Positions 24,514 through 38,256 of a stretch of DNA of 64,000 nt are shown here, one piece after another. Each line of letters starts with the position of its first letter. Within the stretch, counting starts at the first letter, position 1. Below the pieces are notes generated by a model. It searched no databases, was not told the origin of the DNA, and was given only the letters and a program-made list of their open reading frames with translations. Both the position numbers and the translations under genes were made by a program. The stretch is from Antedon mediterranea (Eukaryota > Animalia > Echinodermata), in contig NC_092680.1 of the NCBI RefSeq assembly GCF_964355755.1, forward strand, positions 15,757,045 through 15,821,044, given 5' to 3'.

Positions 24514-27500
24514 TTAGTTATCCGCTTGGTATACCAAGCGGATAACTCCTTGTTATTGTATGAGATCAACAGTTTTTTTCTGTATTATTAGTTATCCGCT
24601 TGGTATACCAAGCGGATAACTCCTTGTTATTGTATGAGATCAACATTTTTTTTCTGTATTATTAGTTATCCGCTTGGTATACCAAGCGGATAACTCCTTG
24701 TTATTGTATGAGATCAACATTTTTTTTCTGTATTATTAGTTATCCGCTTAGTAGCGGATAACTCCTTGTAATCGTCCTGTTTCATCATCTTTTTTTTTTT
24801 TTTTTTCTGTATTATTAGTTATCCGCTTAGTAGCGGATAACTCCTTGTAACTGTATGAAATCATCTTTTTCTGTATTATTAGTTATCCGCTTAGTAGCGG
24901 ATAACTCCTTGTAATCGTCCTGTTTCATCATATTTTTTTTTTTTTTTTTTTTCTGTATTATACTTCTTTCCTTCTGTCATTTTTGTGCGTCGCGTTTCTC
25001 TGAAACGTGTAAACAGAACAAATCGTAACTTTGTCAACATATCGACATTTACGTGAACTTGTGCACCTCCTATTTTTGAATGACGTCAGAGTTGCGCAAC
25101 GTGACTTACGCGCGATTTTATGAATTTCAATGATTGATCATAGACTAAAAACCAAACATAACTTTGTTTTGACACTTTGTGAAAATTTAAGTTACATCAA
25201 GCGCAAACTTTCTATGGATTAAAAATAGCATCTTTCACAAAAAGTTACGCGCGCACGCGCGTTTAAAATTTTAGAGTGCGAAAAATCAACTTCTAATCAA
25301 CTTTCTATGCGTTTCATGTCATTTTGAGCATGTCAAAAATTCCCACGCGCGCGAAACTTTTTACGCACGCGGTGCACACGTAGCGTTAAAAACATATTTT
25401 TTTCGCGTGATTTATGTTTTTTCAGCCTTTTATAGTAATGTTACCAACTTTTAAACAATTTCGACTTAAAATTACGTCATACGAGCACGTCGAATTAAAT
25501 AATTTGCACGCGTTTCTGGTGAAAAAGTTCAAAAATTCGTCAAAATTATGCCTATTTTTAAACAGTCATAGATTCTAAACTACATGGAGAACTTTTTTTT
25601 AATTACATATTCTGGAAGTTGATGAGTTGTAGATATCGAATCATGCATTAATATGGCTAACCGGACATTGTAACGTCATCGTATGGCCACGCAAATATAA
25701 AATATAGGATTTTTGTCTCTTTCGTCATAGTTCATCACATTTAATAGAGCGCATCTCCACTTATTCGTTGTCCATTTTCACCCCGATTTTAATATATTCT
25801 AGGTCAATCAACTATCTTTTGCATGAATTAAAAATTTTTTAATTTTTTCAACGTCATCATGCCTAAAAATTTAAATTACGTTGGTCATTAATTTCATCTT
25901 TACAGTAAATTTTAATCTGTTATAGCTCGTAAGAATAAAATGTGATAATCACGATTAAAACGTTTTCAGGAAGCTATTGTATTGTAGATACAAAATCATG
26001 TGAAAATTGCTCCAATCGAATGTTGTGACGTCATCATATGGCCAGTTAAATACAAAAAGTCGTATTTTCATCTTTTGCGTTATATTTCATTACATTTAAA
26101 AGAGCGCGCATCAATATTTCACGTATTCAAATTTCTTCTACACGTTAATATGTTGTTGCTGAGATAATTTCATTCTGAAATTTCTACTTTTGCATTTCAT
26201 TTTGAAACCGTCAAGATGTTCAAAATTACAATAAAATACGGGTCCCGTAATTTCACCTATTTTACACTGTTTGTGATATGTATACAGATTGTACTGTGTA
26301 TACTATGTATATGACACAAAATAACAGAATTCAGAAATAACAACATATCATATTCTTCAGTTCAGGTCATAATGCCTTAATATTTTTCTGTGTGCAATAT
26401 TCTAACGTATGACGTGCACATGGCGTTTGTCGAGCGGATAACTAACTCGTCATAGTGACGAGTTTCATGTCTAGTTCTTTCTTTCTGTCAATTTTGTGTC
26501 TTGCGTATCTCAAAAACTTGTAAACAAAACATTTTATAACTTTGTCAACATGTGGGCATTCACGTGAAATTGTGCACCTCCTATTGTGAATGACGTCAGA
26601 ATTGCGCAACGTGATTTACGCGCATTTTAACGAATTTCGCGTATTTAACATAGATCGAAAACCATATAGCAATTTAAATTGCAACTTAACAAAAGTTTAA
26701 TTTATATCTCGCACTAACTGACTGTGGAAAAAAAATGGCATGTTTCACACGAAGTTACGCGCGCACGGGCGTTTAAAATTTCAAAATGCGAAAAATCAAT
26801 TTCTAATAAACTTTCTACGCGTTTCATGTCATTTTGAGCAAGTCAAAAAATCCCATGCGCGCGCATATTTTTACTCGCACGGTGCGCACGTAGCGTTGAA
26901 AATAAATTTTTTTCGCGTGATTCATGTTTTTCCAGCCTTTTCTAGTAATTTTACCAACTTTTGAACAATTTTGACCTAAAATTACGTCATACGGGCACAT
27001 CCAATTGGATAATTTACGTGCGTTTTTGATGAAAAAGTTCAAAAATTTGTCAAAATTATGCCTTTTTTTAAACATTCATAGATTCTAAACTACGAGGTGA
27101 ACCTTTTTTTAAATTATATATTCTGGAAGTTGATGAGTTGTAGATATGGAATCATGCATTAATATGGCTAATCGGACATTATAAGGTCATCGTATGGCCA
27201 CGCGAATATAAAATATAGGATTTTTATATCTTTCGTCATAGCGCATCACATTTAATAGAGCGCATCTCCACTTATCCGTTTTTTATTTTCACCCCGATTT
27301 TGATATTGTCTAGGTGAACGAACTATCTTTCGCATGAGTTAAAAATATTTTAATTTTTATGACGTCATCATGTCGAAAATTGTAAATAACGTGGGTGACT
27401 TATTTTCATCTTTACAGTAAATTTCAATCTGTTATAGCTCATCAGAATAAAAAGTGATAATCATGATTAAAACGTTTTCTGGAAGCTAAGGGATTGTAGA

Positions 27501-30500
27501 TACGAATTCATGTAAACATTTTGCCAATGGGATGTTGTGACGTCATCATATGGCCAGTTGAATAAAAAAAGGCGTATTTTCATATTTTGCGTAATATTTC
27601 ATCACATTTAAAAGGGCGCGCATCTATATTTTACGTATTCAAATTTCTTCTACTCGCTAATATGTTGTTGCTGAGATAATATCCTTCCGAAATTGTTATT
27701 TTAGTGTTTCATTTTGATACCGTCGCCATGTTAAAAAATGGAATAAATGGCGGGTCCCGTAATTTCACCTATTCTACACTGTATGTAATATGTATACAGA
27801 TTATACTGTTTATACTGTACTAAATGACACAAAATTGATAGAATTCAGCACTAACAACATATTATATTCTTCAGATCAGGTCATAATGCCATAATCTTTT
27901 TCTGTGTGCAAAATTCTAACGCATGACGTGCACGTGGCGTTTGTCGTGCGGATAACTAACTCGTCAAAGTGACGAGTTTCATGTCTAGTACTTCTTTCCT
28001 TCTGTCATTTTTGTGCGTCGCGTTTCTCTAAAACGTGTAAACAGAACATATCGTAACTTTGTCAACATATCGACATTTACGTGAACTTGTGCACCTCCTA
28101 TTTTTGAATGACGTCAGAGTTGCGCAACGTGACTTACGCGCGATTTTATGAATTTCAATGATTGATCATAGACTAAAAACGAAACATAATTTTGTTTTGA
28201 CACTTTGTGAAAATTTAAGTCACATCAAGCGCAAACTTCCTATGGATTAAAAATAGCATGTTTCACAAAAAGTTACGCGCGCACGCGCGTTTAAAATTTC
28301 AGAGTGCGAAAAATCAACTTCTAATCAACTTTCTATGCGTTTCATGTCATTTTGAGCATGTCAAAAATTCCCACGCGCGCGAAACTTTTTACGCACGCGG
28401 TGCACACTTAGAGTTAAAAACATATTTTTTTCGCGTGATTCATGTTTTTTCAGCCTTTTATAGTAATGTTACCAACCTTTAAACAATTTCGACTTAAAAT
28501 TACGTCATACGAGCACGTCGAATTAAATAATTTGCACGCGTTTCTGGTGAAAAAGTTCAAAAATTCGTCAAAATTATGCCTATTTTTAAACAGTCATAGA
28601 TTCTAAACTACATGGAGAACTTTTTTTTAATTACATATTCTGGAAGTTGATGAGTTGTAGATATCGAATCATGCATTAATATGGCTAACCGGACATTGTG
28701 ACGTCATCGTATGGCCACGCGAATATAAAATATAGGATTTTTGTCTCTTTCGTCATAGCTCATCACATTTAATAGAGCGCATCTCCACTTATTCGTAGTC
28801 GATTTTCACCCCGATTTTAATATATTCTAGGTCAATCAACTATCTTTTGCATGAATTAAACATTTTTTAATTTTTTTATCGTCATCATGCCTAAAAATTT
28901 AAATTACGTTGGTCATTAATTTCATCTTTACAGTAAATTTTAATCTGTTATAGCTCGTAAGAATAAAATGTGATAATCAGGATTAAAACGTTTTCAGGAA
29001 GCTATTGTATTGTAGATACAAAATCATGTGAAAATTGTGCCAATCGAATGTTGTGACGTCATCATATGGCCAGTTAAATACAAAAAGTCGTATTTTCATC
29101 TTTTGCGTTATATTTCATTACATTTAAAAGAGCGCGCATCAATATTTCACGTTTTCAAATTTCTTCTACACGTTAATATGTTGTTGCTGAGATAATTTCA
29201 TTCTGAAATTTCTACTTTTGCATTTCATTTTGAAACCGTCAAGATGTTAAAAATTACAATAAAATACGGGTCCCGTAATTTCACCTATTTTACACTGTTT
29301 GTGATATGTATACAGATTGTACTGTGTATACTATATGACACAAAATAACAGAATTCAGAAATAACAACATATCATATTCTTCAGTTCAGGTCATAATGCC
29401 TTAATATTTTTCTGTGTGCAATATTCTAACGTATGACGTGCACGTGGCGTTTGTCGAGCGGATAACTAACTCGTCAAAGTGACGAGTTTCATGTCTAGTT
29501 CTTCTTTCCATCCTTCTTTTTTGTGGATCGCGTTTCTCTAAAATGTGTAAACATAACATTTCATAACTTTGACAACATATGGGCATTTACGTGAAGTTGT
29601 GCACCTCCTATTTTTGAATGACGTCATAGTTGCGCAACGTGACTTACGCGCAATTTTATGAATTTCAATGATTGATCATAGATTAAAAACCAAAAGTCAT
29701 TTAGTATTGACACTTTGACAAAATTTAAGTCATATCAGGGGCAAACTTTCTACGGATTAGAAATGGCATGTTTCACAAGAAGTTACGCACGCACGCGCAT
29801 TTAAAATTTCAAAATGCGCAAAATTAATTTCTAATCAACTTTTTATGCGTTTCTTGTCATTTTGAGCATGTCAAAAATTCCCACGGGCGCGCAATTTTTT
29901 ACGCACGCGGTGCGCACGTAGCGTTAAAAACATTTTTTTTTTCTTGAATTATATTTTTCAAGTCTTTCCTAGTAATTTTGAAAACAATTTAGACCTTTTC
30001 CAATTTAAATAACGCCACACGAACACGTTGAATTAAACATTTCATGCGCGTTTTTTATGAAAAAGCTTAAAAAATCGTCAAAATTTTGTCTTTTTTTAAA
30101 CAGTCATAGTTTCTAAAGTAAACCGTGAACCGTTTATTTTTATTACAAAATCTAGAAGTTGATGAGTTGTAGATATCGGATCATGCATCGATAAGGCTAA
30201 AAAAACATTGTGACGTCATCGTATGGCCACACGAATGTAAAATATAGGATTTTTGTCTCTTTCGTTATTGCTCATCACATTCAATGGAGCGCATCACGCT
30301 TATCTGTTTTCCTTTTTCTCCTACATTTATTTATACATTGTGTAGGTCAATCAACTTTCTTTAGCATGAGATAAAAATATTTTAATTTTTATGACGTCAT
30401 CATGCCTAAAAATTTTAATTACGTGGGTCATTAATTTCATCTTTACAGTAAATTTTATTCTGTAATAGCTCGTAAGAATAAAATGTGATAATCACGATTA

Positions 30501-33500
30501 AAACGTTTTCTGGAAGCAATTGGATTGTAGATACGAATTCATGTAAACATTTTGCCAATCGGATGTTGTGACGTCATCATATGGCCAGTTGAATAAAAAA
30601 AGTTGTATTTTTATATTTTGCGTAATAGTTCATCACATTTAAAAGGGTGCGCATCTATATTTTACGTATTCAAATTTCTTCTACACGTTAATATGTTGTT
30701 CCTAAGATAATTTCCTTCTGAAATTGCTATCTAAGTGTTTCATTTTGATACCGTCGCCATGTTAAAAATTGGAATAAATGGCGGGTCCCGTAATTTCACC
30801 TATTCTACACTGTATGTAATATGTATACAGATTATACTGTTTGCATGTATATACTATATGACACAAAATTGACAGAATTCAGCACTAACAGCATATCATA
30901 TTCTTCAGTTCTTGTCATAATGCCATAATCTTTATCTGTGTGCAATATTCCAACGTATGACGTGCACGTGGCGTTTGTCGTGGTGCGGATAACTAACTCG
31001 TCAAAGTGACGAGTTTCATGTCTAGTTAGTTATCCGCTTAGTAGCGGATAACTGCTTGTAATCGTCCTGTTACTTTTTTTTTTTTTTTTCTTATTTCTTT
31101 CTCCCTCATTTTTGTGTCTCGCGTATCTCAAAAACTTGTAAACATAACATTTCATTACTTTGTCAACATATGGGCATTTACGTGAAGTTGTGCACCTCCT
31201 ATTTTTTAATGACGTCAGAGTTGCGGAACGTGACTTACGTGCGATTTTATGATTTTTTATGATTGATCATAGACTAAAAACCAAGCATAAATTTGTTTTG
31301 ACACTTTGTGAAAATTTAAGTCATATCAAGGGAAAACTTTTTGTGGATTAAAAATGGCATGTTTTACAAGACGTTACGCGCGCACGCGCATTTCTCCTCT
31401 ATTTTTGTGTCTCGCGTATCTAAAAAACGTGTAAACATAACATTTCATAACTTTGTCAACATATGGGCATTCACGTGAAGTTGTGCACCTCCTATTGTGA
31501 ATGACGTCAGAAATGCGCAACGTGACTTACGCACAATTTTATGAATTTCGCGTATTTAACATAGATTTAAAACCATAGAACAATTTAAATTGAAACTTAG
31601 CAAAAGTTTAATTTATATCATGCGCTAACTTTCTGTGGATAAACAATTGCGTGTTGTACACAAAGTTACGCGCGCACGCTAATTTAAAATTCAAAATGCA
31701 AAAAATCAATTTCTAATCAACTTTCTACGTGTTTCATGTCATTTTAAGCATGTAAAAAATTCCCACGCGCGCGCTTTTTTTTACGCGCGCGGTGCGAACG
31801 TAGCGTTGAAAACCATTTTTCTCTCGTGATTTATGTTTTCAAGCCTTTTATAGTAATTTTACCAACTTTGAAACAATTTCGACTTCAAATTACGTCATAC
31901 GGGCACGTCGAATTGGATAATTTATGTGCGTTTTTTAGGAAAAAGTTCAAACATTTGTCAAAATTATACCTTTTTTTAAACAATCATAGATTCTAAACTA
32001 CGAGGTGAACTTTGTTTAAATTACATATCCAGGAAGATGATAAGTTGTAGATAAGGAATCATGCATTGATATGGCAAACCGGACATTGTGACGTCATCGT
32101 ATGGCCACGCGAATATAAAATATAGGATTTTTGTATCTTTCGTCATAGCGCATCTCATTTAATAGAGCGCCTCTCCACTTATCCGTATTCCATTTTAACC
32201 CAGATTTTGAAATTTTCTAGGTCAATCAACTATCTTACGTAAGAGTAAACATTTTTTTATTTTTATGACGTCATAATGTCTAAAAATATAAATAACGTGG
32301 GTCACTTATATTTATCTTTACAGTAAATTTTAATCTGTTATAGCTCATCAGAATAAAATGTGATAATCACGATTAAAACGTTTTCTGGAAGCTATTGGAT
32401 TGTAGATACGAATTCATGTAAACATTTTGCCAATCGGATGTTGGGACGTCATCATATGGCCAGTTGAATAAAAAAAGACGTATTTTCATATTTTGCGTAA
32501 TAGTTCATCACATTTAAAAGGGTGCGCATCTATATTTTACGTATTCAAATTTCTTCTACACGTTAATATGTTGTTCCTGAGATAATTTCCTTCTGAAATT
32601 GCTATCTAAGTGTTTCATTTTGATACCGTCGCCATGTTAAAAATTGGAATAAATGGCGGGTCCCGTAATTTCACCTATTCTACACTGTATGTAATATGTA
32701 TACAGATTATACTGTTTGCATGTATATACTATATGACACAAAATTGACAGAATTCAGCACTAACAGCATATCATATTCTTCAGTTCAGGTCATAATGCCT
32801 TAATATTTTTCTGTGTGCAATATTCTAACGTATGACGTGCGCGTGGCGTTTGTCGAGCGGATAACTAACTCGTCAAAGTGACGAGTTTCATGTCTAGTTC
32901 TTCTTTCCATCCTTCCTTTTTGTGGATCGCGTTTCTCTAAAATGTGTAAACATAACATTTCATAACTTTGACAACATATGGGCATTTACGTGAAGTTGTG
33001 CACCTCCTATTTTTGAATGACGTCATAGTTGCGCAACGTGACTTACGCGCAATTTTATGAATTTCAATGATTGATCATAGATTAAAAACCAAAAGTCATT
33101 TAGTATTGACACTTTGACAAAATTTAAGTCATATCAGGGGCAAACTTTCTACGGATTAAAAATGGCATGTTTCACAAGAAGTTACGCGCGCACGCGCATT
33201 TAAAATTTTAAAATGCGCAAAATTAATTTCTAATCAACTTTTTATGCGTTTCTTGTCATTTTGAGCATGTCAAAAATTCCCACGGGCGCGCAATTTTTTA
33301 CGCACGCGGTGCGCACGTAGCGTTAAAAACATATTTTTTTCTCTTGAATTATATTTTTCAAGCCTTTCCTAGTAATTTTGAAAACAATTTAGACCTTTTC
33401 CAATTTAAATAACGCCATACGAACACGTTGAATTAAACATTTCATGCGCGTTTTTTATGAAAAAGCTTAAAAAATTGTCAAAATATTGTCTTTTTTTAAA

Positions 33501-36500
33501 CAGTCATAGTTTCTAAAGTAAACCGTGAACCGTTTATTTTTATTACAAAATCTAGAAGTTGATGAGTTTTAGATATCGGATCATGCATCGATAAGGCAAA
33601 AAAAACATTGTGACGTCATCGTATGGCCACACGAATGTAAAATATAGGATTTTTGTCTCTTTCGTTATTGCACATCACATTCAATGGAGCGCATCACGCT
33701 TATCTGTATTCCTTTTTCTCCTACATTTATATATTGTGTAGGTCAATCAACTTTCTTTAGCATGAGATAAAAATATTTTAATTTTTATGACGTCATCATG
33801 CCTAAAAATTTTAATTACGTGGGTCATTAATTTCATCTTTACAGTAAATTTTATTCTGTAATAGCTCGTAAGAATAAAATGTGATAATCACGATTAAAAC
33901 GTTTTCTGGAAGCTATTGGATTGTAGATACGAATTCATGTAAACATTTTGCCAATCGGATGTTGTGACGTCATCATATGGCCAGTTGAATAAAAAAAGTT
34001 GTATTTTCATATTTTGCGTAATAGTTCATCACATTTAAAAGGGTGCGCATCTATATTTTACGTATTCAAATTTCTTCTACACGTTAATATATTATTCCTA
34101 AGATAATTTCCTTCTGAAATTGCTATCTAAGTGTTTCATTTTGATACCGTCGCCATGTTAAAAATTGGAATAAATGGCGGGTCCCGTAATTTCACCTATT
34201 CTACACTGTATGTAATATGTATACAGATTATACTGTTTGCATGTATATACTATATGACACAAAATTGACAGAATTCAGCACTAACAGCATATCATATTCT
34301 TCAGTTCTTGTCATAATGCCATAATCTTTATCTTTGTGCAATATTCCAACGTATGACGTGCACGTGGCGTTTGTCGTGGTGCGGATAACTAACTCGTCAA
34401 AGTGACGAGTTTCATGTCTAGTTAGTTATCCGCTTAGTAGCGGATAACTGCTTGTAATCGTCCTGTTACTTTTTTTTTTTTTTTTTCTTATTTCTTTCTC
34501 CCTCATTTTTGTGTCTCGCGTATCTCAAAAACTTGTAAACATAACATTTCATTACTTTGTCAACATATGGGCATTTACGTGAAGTTGTGCACCTCCTATT
34601 TTTGAATGACGTCAGAGTTGCGCAACGTGACTTACGTGCGATTTTATGATTTTTTATGATTGATCATAGACTAAAAACCAAGCATAAATTTGTTTTGACA
34701 CTTTGTGAAAATTTAAGTCATATCAAGGGAAAACTTTTTGTGGATTAAAAATGCCATGTTTTACAAGACGTTACGCGCGCACGCGCATTTCTCTTCTATT
34801 TTTGTGTCTCGCGTATCTAAAAAACGTGTAAACATAACATTTTATAACTTTGTCAACATATTGGCATTCACGTGAAGTTGTGCACCTCCTATTGTGAATA
34901 ACGTCAGAAATGCGCAACGTGACTTACGCACAATTTTATGAATTTCGCGTATTTAACATAGATTTAAAACCATATAACAATTTAAATTGAAACTTAGCAA
35001 AAGTTTAATTTATATCATGCGCTAACTTTCTGTGGATAAAAAATTGCGTGTTTTACACAAAGTTACGCGCGCACGCTAATTTAAAATTCAAAATGCGAAA
35101 AATCAATTTCTAATCAACTTTCTACGTGTTTCATGTCATTTTAAGCATGTAAAAAATTCCCACACGCGCGCTTTTTTTTACGCGAGCGGTGCGAACGTAG
35201 CGTTGAAAACCATTTTTCTCTCGTGATTTATGTTTTCAAGCCTTTTATAGTAATTTTTCCAACTTTGAAACAATTTCGACTTCAAATTACGTCATACGGG
35301 CACGTCGAATTGGATAATTTATGTGCGTTTTTGAGGAAAAAGTTCAAACATTTGTCAAAATTATACCTTTTTTTAAACAATCATAGATTCTAAACTACGA
35401 GGTGAACTTTGTTTAAATTACATATCCAGGAAGATGATAAGTTGTAGATAAGGAATCATGCATTGATATGGCAAACCGGACATTGTGACGTCATCGTATG
35501 GCCACGCGAATATAAAATATAAGATTATTGTATCTTTCGTCATAGCGCATCTCATTTAATAGAGCGCCTCTCCACTTATCCGTATTCCATTTTAACCCAA
35601 ATTTTGAAATTTTCTAGGTCAATCAACTATCTTACGCAAGAGTAAACATTTTTTTATTTTTATGACGTCATAATGTCTAAAAATATAAATAACGTGGGTC
35701 ACTTATATTTATCTTTACAGTAAATTTTAATCTGTTATAGCTCATCAGAATAAAATGTGATAATCACGATTAAAACGTTTTCTGGAAGCTATTGGATTGT
35801 AGATACGAATTCATGTAAACATTTTGCCAATCGGATGTTGGGACGTCATCATATGGCCAGTTGAATAAAAAAAGACGTATTTTCATATTTTGCGTAATAG
35901 TTCATCACATTAAAAAGGGTGCGCATCTATATTTTACGTATTCAAATTTCTTCTACACGTTAATATGTTGTTCCTGAGATAATTTCCTTCAGAAATTGCT
36001 ATCTAAGTGTTTCATTTTGATACCGGCGCCATGTTAAAAATTGGAATAATTGGCGGATCCCGTAATTTCACCTATTCTACACTGTATGTAATATGTATAC
36101 AGAAATACTGTTTGCATGTATATACTATATGACACAAAATTGACAGAATTCAGCACTAACAGCATATCATATTCTTCAATTCAGGTCATAATGCCTTAAT
36201 ATTTTTCTGTGTGCAATATTCTAACGTATGACGTGCGCGTGGCGTTTGTCGAGCGGATAACTAACTCGTCAAAGTGACGAGTTTCATGTCTAGTTCTTCT
36301 TTCCATCCTTCCTTTTTGTGGATCGCGTTTCTCTAAAATGTGTAAACATAACATTTCATAACTTTGACAACATATGGGTATTTACGTGAAGTTGTGCACC
36401 TCCTATTTTTGAATGACGTCATAGTTGCGCAACGTAACTTACGCGCAATTTTATGAATTTCAATGATTGATCATAGATTAAAAACTAAAAGTCATTTAGT

Positions 36501-37815
36501 ATTGACACTTTGACAAAATTTAAGTCATATCAGGGGCAAACTTTCTACGGATTAAAAATGGCATGTTTCACAAGAAGTTACGCGCGCACGCGCATTTAAA
36601 ATTTCAAAATGCGCAAAATTAATTTCTAATCAACTTTTTATGCGTTTCTTGTCATTTTGAGCATGTCAAAAATTCCCACGGGCGCGCAATTTTTTACGCA
36701 CGCGGTGCGCACGTAGCGTTAAAAACATATTTTTTTCCCTTGAATCATATTTTTCAAGCCTTTCCTAGTAATTTTGAAAACAATTTAGACCTTTTCCAAT
36801 TTAAATAACGCCATACGAACACGTTGAATTAAACATTTCATGCGCGTTTTTTATGAAAAAGCTTAAAAAATCGTCAAAATTATGTCTTTTTTTAAACAGT
36901 CATAGTTTCTAAAGTAAACCGTGAACCGTTTATTTTTATTACAAAATCTAGAAGTTGATGAGTTGTAGATATCGGATCATGCATCGATAAGGCTAAAAAA
37001 ACATTGTGACGTCATCGTATGGCCACACGAATGTAAAATATAGGATTTTTGTCTCTTTCGTTATTGCTCATCACATTCAATGGAGCGCATCACGCTTATC
37101 TGTATTCCTTTTTCTCCTACATTTATATATTGTGTAGGTCAATCAACTTTCTTTAGCATGAGATAAAAATATTTTAATTTTTATGACGTCATCATGCCAA
37201 AAAATTTTAATTACGTGGGTCATTAATTTCATCTTTACAGTAAATTTTAATCTGTAATAGCTCGTAAGAATAAAATGTGATAATCACGATTAAAACGTTT
37301 TATGGAAGCTATTGGATTGTAGATACGAATTCATGTAAACATTTTGCCAATCGGATGTTGTGACGTCATCATATGGCCAGTTGAATAAAAAAAGTCGTAT
37401 TTTCATATTTTGCGTAATAGTTCATCACATTTAAAAGGGTGCGCATCTATATTTTACGTATTCAAATTTCTTCTACACGTTAATATGTTGTTCCTGAGAT
37501 AATTTCCTTCTGAAATTGCTATCTAAGTGTTTCATTTTGATACCGTCGCCATGTTAAAAATTGGAATAAATGGCGGGTCCCGTAATTTCACCTATTCTAC
37601 ACTGCATGTAATATGTATACAGATTATACTGTTTGCATGTATACTATATGACACAAAATTGACAGAATTCAGCACTAACAGCATATCATATTCTTCAGTT
37701 CTTGTCATAATGCCATAATCTTTACCTGTGTGCAATATTCCAACGTAAGACGTGCACGTGGCGTTTGTCGTGGTGCGGATAACTAACTCGTCAAAGTGAC
37801 GAGTTTCATGTCTAG
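24514..37815 (+). mobile_element. Nested array of eight non-autonomous Helitron/Helentron-like elements
   Basis: 5' heads TTAGTTATCCGCT..AGCGGATAACT start at 24514, 24588, 24662, 24736, 24815, 24879, 31026, 34422. 3' ends GCGGATAACTA-ACTCGTCAaagTGACGAGT-ttcatgtCTAG end at 26474, 27988, 29498, 31025, 32897, 34421, 36293, 37815. Bodies are ~1.5 kb, with no TSD and no long ORF. Confidence 0.85.
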
Positions 37816-38256
37816 TTAATTTTAACATTTCTCTCGTTCCATTTTACAATACTTTTAGTATTTACAAATTTTGTAGTGATTTTATTTATTTTTTCATATG
37901 GGAATAAGGGTATAATTAATTTGTAACTAATTAAAATCACAGAATTGACAATAATGATTGTAGTACTTTATGTGTTATTTAGGTGAATCTTATTTACAAT
38001 TATTATAATAGAAAGTAATTCAATGTAGGAAAGTTAAAAGATTTCATTAACTATATTAAAATCAAAAGCCCGAAAGGGAAATAAATAAATTAAAAACAAA
38101 GTTTACAATATACATCAAATTATCCTTTATTATTGCACAACTGTAAAATTCATAAAACAAACATATTAAATAATGTATCCTTATCGTAAAAATTAATATT
38201 GAAATGATTATAATTAGTCCATTGTAAATATAATTCAGCAATTGTATTGATCTGTC

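Noticed and set aside
24514-24960. Palindromic short repeats with spacers resembling a CRISPR array
   Set aside because: The spacers are not unique, the context is eukaryotic and there are no cas genes. These are stacked transposon 5' ends that match downstream bodies.
24961-37815. Simple 1.5-kb satellite, and the short ORFs within it (e.g. 26740-26964, 29401-29586, 37592-37828)
   Set aside because: Subtype order and head/tail balance indicate nesting. The ORFs are short, not kept open across all copies and lack recognisable motifs.
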